Part shown: positions 59,275-64,000 of the stretch, in pieces | Layout: each line of letters starts with the position of its first letter | Numbering within the stretch: the stretch's first letter is position 1 | Assembly (NCBI GenBank): GCA_950096585.1 | Contig: CATNDK010000001.1 | Location: 104,943 to 168,942, forward strand | DNA length: 64,000 nucleotides | Direction: 5' to 3' | Source: Thalassococcus halodurans | Lineage (GTDB): Bacteria > Pseudomonadota > Alphaproteobacteria > Rhodobacterales > Rhodobacteraceae | Translations under genes and position numbers: made by a program | The notes under the pieces: generated by a model | The model's database searches: none | What the model saw: only the letters and a program-made list of their open reading frames with translations | What the model was told of the DNA's origin: nothing

Positions 59275-60581
59275 CAGACGAACTTGTTGATGTAGTTTTC
59301 CAGACGCTCCTGACGGCCCGAACGCGGTTCGGGGTTCAGGTTGTCGGACAACACGCGGTTCGAAATGGTTTCCAGATCGCTGTTGAGCATCGCCTGTGCC
59401 TCGGGTGTTTCCCAACCAGCGTAGCGATCCTTCAGCGCATCTTCCATACCGCCGTCTTCCAGCATGGCCGCCGCCGCTTTCAGGCCGCGCGCACAGACAT
59501 CCATGCCACCAACGTGACCGGCGATCAGATCGACGGGATCCAACGACTGACGACGCAGTTTGGCGTCAAAGTTCGTGCCGCCTGTGGTGAAACCACCCGC
59601 CTTCAGAACCTGATAATAGGCCAGCGCCACTTCGGGCACATTGTTCGGGAATTGGTCGGTGTCCCAACCGGACTGATAGTCGTTCCGGTTCATGTCGATC
59701 GACCCCAGCATGCCCTCGGCACCCGCAACTGCCAGTTCGTGTTCAAAGGAATGACCGGCCAGAATGGCGTGACCTTGTTCAAGGTTCAGCTTTACCTCGT
59801 TTTCCAGACCGTATTTGCGCAGGAAGCCGATGCAGGTTGCAGCGTCATAGTCATACTGGTGCTTGGACGGTTCCTGCGGTTTGGGTTCAACCAGAATGGT
59901 GCCTTTGAAGCCGATCTTGTGCTTGTACTCGACGACCATGTTCAGGAAGCGGCCCATGTGGTCCAGTTCCTGGTTCAGGTCGGTGTTCAACAGCGTTTCA
60001 TAGCCTTCACGACCGCCCCACAGCACATAGTTTTCCCCGCCCAGTTTGTGCGTCGCATCCATGCAGCCTTTCACCGTGGCTGCCGCATAGGCAAAGACGT
60101 CCGGATCGGGGTTTGTGGATGCGCCAGACATCCAGCGACGGTGGCTGAACATGTTGGCTGTGCCCCACAGCAGCTTGGTGCCCGTGGCTTCCTGTTTTTC
60201 GCCCATGTAGTCGGTGATTTCGTTCAGCGTCGACAGGTTTTCTGCGTAGCTGCCCTGTTCGGGGCGGATATCGGCATCGTGCCAGCAATAGTAAGGCTGG
60301 CCGAGGATTTCGAACATCTCGAACGCGACATCGGCCTTCATCTTGGCGCGGCCCATGTCGTCTTGGGGGTGCCACGGGCGTTCAAAGGTCTGACCGCCGA
60401 ACGGGTCGCCGCCCTCCCATGCAAAGCTGTGCCAGTAGGCGACGGCAAAGCGCAGGTGATCTTCCATGCGTTTGCCCATCACAACCTCGTCGGGGTTGTA
60501 GTGACGGAAGCTCAGATCACCGTCGCCATCAGCGCCTTTGTAGGTGACTTTTGACAGGCCTTCGAAAAATCCGGTGCTCAT
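59274..60581 (-). CDS. xylA: Xylose isomerase (class II)
   Basis: [43 protein letters not shown]; start set at MSTGFF. Confidence 0.96.
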   Translation of the reverse strand: MSTGFFEGLSKVTYKGADGDGDLSFRHYNPDEVVMGKRMEDHLRFAVAYWHSFAWEGGDPFGGQTFERPWHPQDDMGRAKMKADVAFEMFEILGQPYYCWHDADIRPEQGSYAENLSTLNEITDYMGEKQEATGTKLLWGTANMFSHRRWMSGASTNPDPDVFAYAAATVKGCMDATHKLGGENYVLWGGREGYETLLNTDLNQELDHMGRFLNMVVEYKHKIGFKGTILVEPKPQEPSKHQYDYDAATCIGFLRKYGLENEVKLNLEQGHAILAGHSFEHELAVAGAEGMLGSIDMNRNDYQSGWDTDQFPNNVPEVALAYYQVLKAGGFTTGGTNFDAKLRRQSLDPVDLIAGHVGGMDVCARGLKAAAAMLEDGGMEDALKDRYAGWETPEAQAMLNSDLETISNRVLSDNLNPEPRSGRQERLENYINKFV

Positions 60582-60795
60582 GGCGGTTCCTTTAACTTTG
60601 CGACGCGGCGCGCAGGTTGAAGCCTGCGTTTTCCGCTGAATTAGACTCTGATTGGGGATGTTCGGTGATGCCGGTTGATGGCCTATCGGGGCGTCGCCTT
60701 TGGTGGCGGAACCTTTAGTGGCCGCGCAAACGCGCGGCACAGGACCATACCTGCATCCTTACTATCCTCCCATTGGGGGGATAGTCGGCGGTATT

Positions 60796-60812
60796 AATTC
60801 GAATGTCAAATT
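60796..60812. promoter_or_regulatory. Putative ROK (XylR) operator overlapping the xylA -35 element
   Basis: AATTCGA-ATG-TCAAATT; minus strand TTGACA-N17-GACTAT. Confidence 0.65.
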
Positions 60813-60858
60813 TAATTATGCATCACGCCGAAAATTCATGTATCGACGCGGGATCCAC

Positions 60859-61779
60859 CTAGCTTTCGTCGGTCACATCCGCATGCATGTGCCGTTCGCC
60901 ACGGGCCTTTGCCAAAGCGATCTGTTTTTGCCGCTCGCGGAAGCGTTCCTTGTCCTCATCCGAGGTCTCGGAAATGCACTGATGACAGGACACGCCTTCT
61001 TCGAATTCAGCGCGGTTTTTGTCTTCCGGCAGGATTGGGCGGCGGCACGCATGGCACAGCTCGTGCGGGCCTTCTTTCAGGCCGTGACCCACGGAGACAC
61101 GCCCGTCAAAAACGAAACATTCGCCGTTCCACGTGCTGTTTTCTTCCGGCACTTCCTCAAGGTATTTCAGGATGCCGCCCTTCAGGTGATACACCTCTGG
61201 CACGCCCTGACCCAGCAGGTAGTTCGTCGACTTTTCACAACGGATACCGCCGGTGCAGAACATCGCGATTTTCTTGTTGTGGAAGCGGTCTTTGTTCGCT
61301 TCCCACCATGCCGGAAATTCGCGGAAGCTGGCGGTTTCGGGATCGACCGCACCCTCAAAGGTGCCGATGGCGACCTCATAATCATTGCGCGTATCAATCA
61401 CTGCCACGTCGGGGCTTAGGATCAGTTCGTTCCAGTCCTGCGGATCGACATAGTTGCCGACGCGTGCCTTGGGGTCCACGTCGGGCTGGCCCATGGTCAC
61501 GATCTCTTTCTTCAGGCGCACTTTCATGCGCGCGAAAGGCCGTTCGCTGGCGGTCGAGAATTTGACCTCAAGATCATCGCAACCCGGTAGCGCGCGGATA
61601 TGCGCTAGCACCGCATCAATGCCCGCTTTGGGGCCTGCGATGGTGCCATTGATCCCTTCGTTCGCAAGCAAAAGGGTGCCCGTGATTTTCTGCTCGGTGC
61701 AAAGCTGCTTCAGCGGCTCTTGCAGGCTGGCGGGCGAGGCGAATCGGGTGAAGTGGTATAGGGCTGCGACTGTAAACAT
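60859..61779 (-). CDS. trhO: tRNA U34 hydroxylase TrhO (rhodanese-domain, UPF0176)
   Basis: [44 protein letters not shown]. Confidence 0.9.
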   Translation of the reverse strand: MFTVAALYHFTRFASPASLQEPLKQLCTEQKITGTLLLANEGINGTIAGPKAGIDAVLAHIRALPGCDDLEVKFSTASERPFARMKVRLKKEIVTMGQPDVDPKARVGNYVDPQDWNELILSPDVAVIDTRNDYEVAIGTFEGAVDPETASFREFPAWWEANKDRFHNKKIAMFCTGGIRCEKSTNYLLGQGVPEVYHLKGGILKYLEEVPEENSTWNGECFVFDGRVSVGHGLKEGPHELCHACRRPILPEDKNRAEFEEGVSCHQCISETSDEDKERFRERQKQIALAKARGERHMHADVTDES

Positions 61780-61823
61780 GCCGTTCCGATACGCCTGTCG
61801 GCCTTTTTGGGCAAGAGGGCGGG

Positions 61824-63041
61824 CTATTTCGCCGCAATCGCCAGCCCGTGAACCACCGCTGTGAAGACTTCGGAGTAGACAAGGCGACTGTCGGTAAATC
61901 GTCTGGCCAGACCCTGTTTGACGACGGATAGCAAACTACTGCCGCCCACAAACACGACCTGATCCACTTTGTCCGGCGTCAGGCCAGCGTCCTGTACGGT
62001 CAACAGCGCCTCTTCCCCGATCATATCCGCGTAAGCCGCAAATTCCTGCGTCAGAATCTGGTCGCGTAGTGCTGCGGTCAGCCCGCGTTCGACCACGCCC
62101 AATTCAATCTGCGCTTCGCCTGTTTCGTTGGCCGCAATCTTACCGGCTTCCACCGCATAGGCGACGTCATGCCCCAGATGCAGATCAAGGATGGTCGCCA
62201 GCCGTTCGAACAAAACCGGATGATCGGCCAGACGGATCCATTTCTGCACATCGCGCAGCAAGGCCGGGTCGTAAACGAAAGCGATCTTTTCCCAGCTTGC
62301 CAGATCATGGAACAACGCACGCGGCGCGGGGTGTTTACGCGATCCGATTTCGGCGTTGATATCCGCGCCCATGCCGAACAGAGGCATCGCGTGCGCAAGG
62401 CTGAGCGTGCGGTCGAAATCGGTTCCGCCCAAACGCAAACCACGGCTGGTGATCACGTCCGTCTGATCGCCCTTGCGCGTGCAGAGTGTGAAGTCCGACG
62501 TACCACCGCCAATATCGACGATCAGCATCGTGCCGTCCCCTTCGACCGCCAAAGCGGCAGCTTCGGGTTCAGGCAGGAAAGATACGTCTTTGAAGCCCGC
62601 AAATTCGTAGGCCTGCCGTAAATCCAGTTCCGCCTGCGCATCCTTTTCGGGTGATTGGGAATGGAATTTGACCGGACGGCCCGACAGCGCGGTTTCAAAC
62701 GTTTGGCCCGTGGCCTTTTCAGAGCGCGATTTCACTTCGGCCAGAAAGCGGGCGATGATTTCGATTAGGGTCAGGCGTTCGTTCAGGAACATACGCGGTT
62801 CTTGGGCGATGGGCGTGCCGAGGATCGACTTCAACGCGCGCATGAAGCGACCTTCCAGACCTTCCTGCATCGCCGTCGCGGCTGCTGATCCGTAGATATA
62901 CTGGCGATCTGCGAAATCGACGAACACAGCGGTCGGGATCGTGTCTTTGCCTGGTTCCAGCGGGATCGACACAGGGCGGTTGCCGTCAAACGCACCTGCT
63001 GCGGTGTTTGAAGTTCCAAAGTCCAATCCCAGCGTGGTCAT
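61824..63041 (-). CDS. Hsp70-family protein (YegD-like)
   Basis: [34 protein letters not shown]. Confidence 0.88.
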   Translation of the reverse strand: MTTLGLDFGTSNTAAGAFDGNRPVSIPLEPGKDTIPTAVFVDFADRQYIYGSAAATAMQEGLEGRFMRALKSILGTPIAQEPRMFLNERLTLIEIIARFLAEVKSRSEKATGQTFETALSGRPVKFHSQSPEKDAQAELDLRQAYEFAGFKDVSFLPEPEAAALAVEGDGTMLIVDIGGGTSDFTLCTRKGDQTDVITSRGLRLGGTDFDRTLSLAHAMPLFGMGADINAEIGSRKHPAPRALFHDLASWEKIAFVYDPALLRDVQKWIRLADHPVLFERLATILDLHLGHDVAYAVEAGKIAANETGEAQIELGVVERGLTAALRDQILTQEFAAYADMIGEEALLTVQDAGLTPDKVDQVVFVGGSSLLSVVKQGLARRFTDSRLVYSEVFTAVVHGLAIAAK

Positions 63042-63148
63042 CGCGGCACCCCTTTTCAGAAAGGGCGTGGATTATCCCGCGCATCACCCCGTGGCAATCG
63101 GGAAATCTACGGTTTATGACTGTTCACAACGCTACAGGAGCAAGTGAT

Positions 63149-63757
63149 ATGCACGCATTGCTGGTCATCGACATCCAGAATGATTTCTGCCCCGGCGGTG
63201 CGCTGGCCGTGCCGGAAGGCGATCAGATCGTCGCGCCGGTGAATGATCTGATGGCGCAGTTCGATGCCGTGATCCTGACCCAAGATTGGCATCCTGCGGA
63301 TCATTCGTCTTTTGCCTCCCAACACGACGGTAAAGCGCCGTTTGAAACCACGGAAATGCCTTATGGCACGCAGGTGCTTTGGCCCGATCATTGTGTGCAG
63401 GGATCGGACGGGGCCACGTTTCATCCCGATCTGAACGCAGACCGCGCCGATCTGATCATCCGCAAGGGGTTTCGCAAAGGGATCGACAGCTACTCGGCCT
63501 TTTTCGAAAATGATCAGACAACGCCCACGGGGCTTGAAGGCTACCTGCACACCCGTGGCATCACGGCACTGACACTGGTCGGGCTTGCCACAGATTTCTG
63601 CGTCAATTTCTCGGCCCTTGATGCGGCGCGTCTGGGGTTTGATGTGACCGTCCGCCGTGATCTGTGTCGTGCGATTGATATGGGTGGTTCTTTAGAGGCC
63701 GCTCTGGATAGTTGGGCCAAGGCCGGTATATCCATTCAGGACGGCCCCGCCGCCTAA
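63149..63757 (+). CDS. pncA: Nicotinamidase/pyrazinamidase
   Basis: IDIQNDFCPGGAL, QDWHP, WPDHCVQG, DSYSAF, GLATDFCV. Confidence 0.94.
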   Translation: MHALLVIDIQNDFCPGGALAVPEGDQIVAPVNDLMAQFDAVILTQDWHPADHSSFASQHDGKAPFETTEMPYGTQVLWPDHCVQGSDGATFHPDLNADRADLIIRKGFRKGIDSYSAFFENDQTTPTGLEGYLHTRGITALTLVGLATDFCVNFSALDAARLGFDVTVRRDLCRAIDMGGSLEAALDSWAKAGISIQDGPAA

Positions 63758-63787
63758 GTGGACAGGCCCGCCTTAAGGAGAAGTCAG

Positions 63788-64000
63788 TTGGTCGATATCG
63801 CCACCCGCGTCTGGAACCACAAGTGGAAGATCGACCCGATTGTGCGGTCCTTGATCGACACGGATTTCTACAAACTTCTGATGTGCCAGTCGGTGTTTCG
63901 CAACAAACCCGATACGCAGGTTACTTTCAGCCTGATCAACAGGTCGTCGCATGTGCCATTGGCCAAGCTGATCGATGAAGGCGAGTTGCGGGAACAACTG
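63788..64000 (+). CDS. pncB: Nicotinate phosphoribosyltransferase, N-terminal part (runs off the window edge)
   Basis: Not in the ORF track. From TTG 63788 (AAGGAG RBS): [34 protein letters not shown]; DTDFYK motif; follows pncA. Confidence 0.88.
   Translation, partial: MVDIATRVWNHKWKIDPIVRSLIDTDFYKLLMCQSVFRNKPDTQVTFSLINRSSHVPLAKLIDEGELREQL

Noticed and set aside
59514-60554. 346-aa antisense ORF opposite xylA
   Set aside because: Shadow ORF; checked as a possible xylB but it has no FGGY kinase motifs
60582-60740. N-terminal extension of xylA shown in the ORF track
   Set aside because: XylA similarity starts at MSTGFF, which has an AAGGAA RBS; the extension is treated as leader
1-64000. 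CRISPR arrays, tRNA/rRNA genes, IS elements, known riboswitches
   Set aside because: Intergenic gaps are short and showed no regularly spaced repeats, cloverleaf motifs, transposase ORFs or recognisable aptamers by eye; an Rfam/tRNAscan run would be needed to exclude small RNAs

Overview
Chromosomal segment of an alphaproteobacterium, most consistent with Rhodobacteraceae (Roseobacter group), judged from gene content and synteny. From left to right it holds: the end of a surface-polysaccharide locus (manC partial, two GT4 glycosyltransferases, an ExoF/Wza-like exporter, manB) containing an unusual 774-aa SGNH-esterase/Ig/SPRY-like protein with phage-tail-like architecture and a perfect CtrA box upstream; a reductive pyrimidine degradation cluster (preT-preA, carbamoylase, hydA, ABC transporter, rutR) with RutR boxes; a Dpp/Opp-type ABC transporter; housekeeping genes (pip, ubiG, grxC, comF, hemH, L,D-transpeptidases, RNA methyltransferase, cca, hslO, REC-PP2C/Hpt, ilvA, argG); a short flagellar sub-cluster (motE, fliL, fliF-fliH-fliN-fliP); a stand-alone class I FBPase; a xylose-type locus (xylFHG, ROK xylR, xylA, mutarotase); and trhO, a YegD-like Hsp70, pncA and pncB (partial). 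The best candidate for an undescribed system is inside the xyl locus. A secreted diheme CcP/MauG-family protein, with His at the Met/Tyr distal-ligand position and His replacing the bridging Trp, is translationally coupled to xylA-galM and faces a secreted FG-GAP/ASPIC-UnbV beta-propeller that overlaps xylR. A shared palindromic operator precedes xylF and xylA, and the locus has no xylB. I saw no tRNA, rRNA, IS or CRISPR. All calls come from reading motifs by eye; no searches were run.
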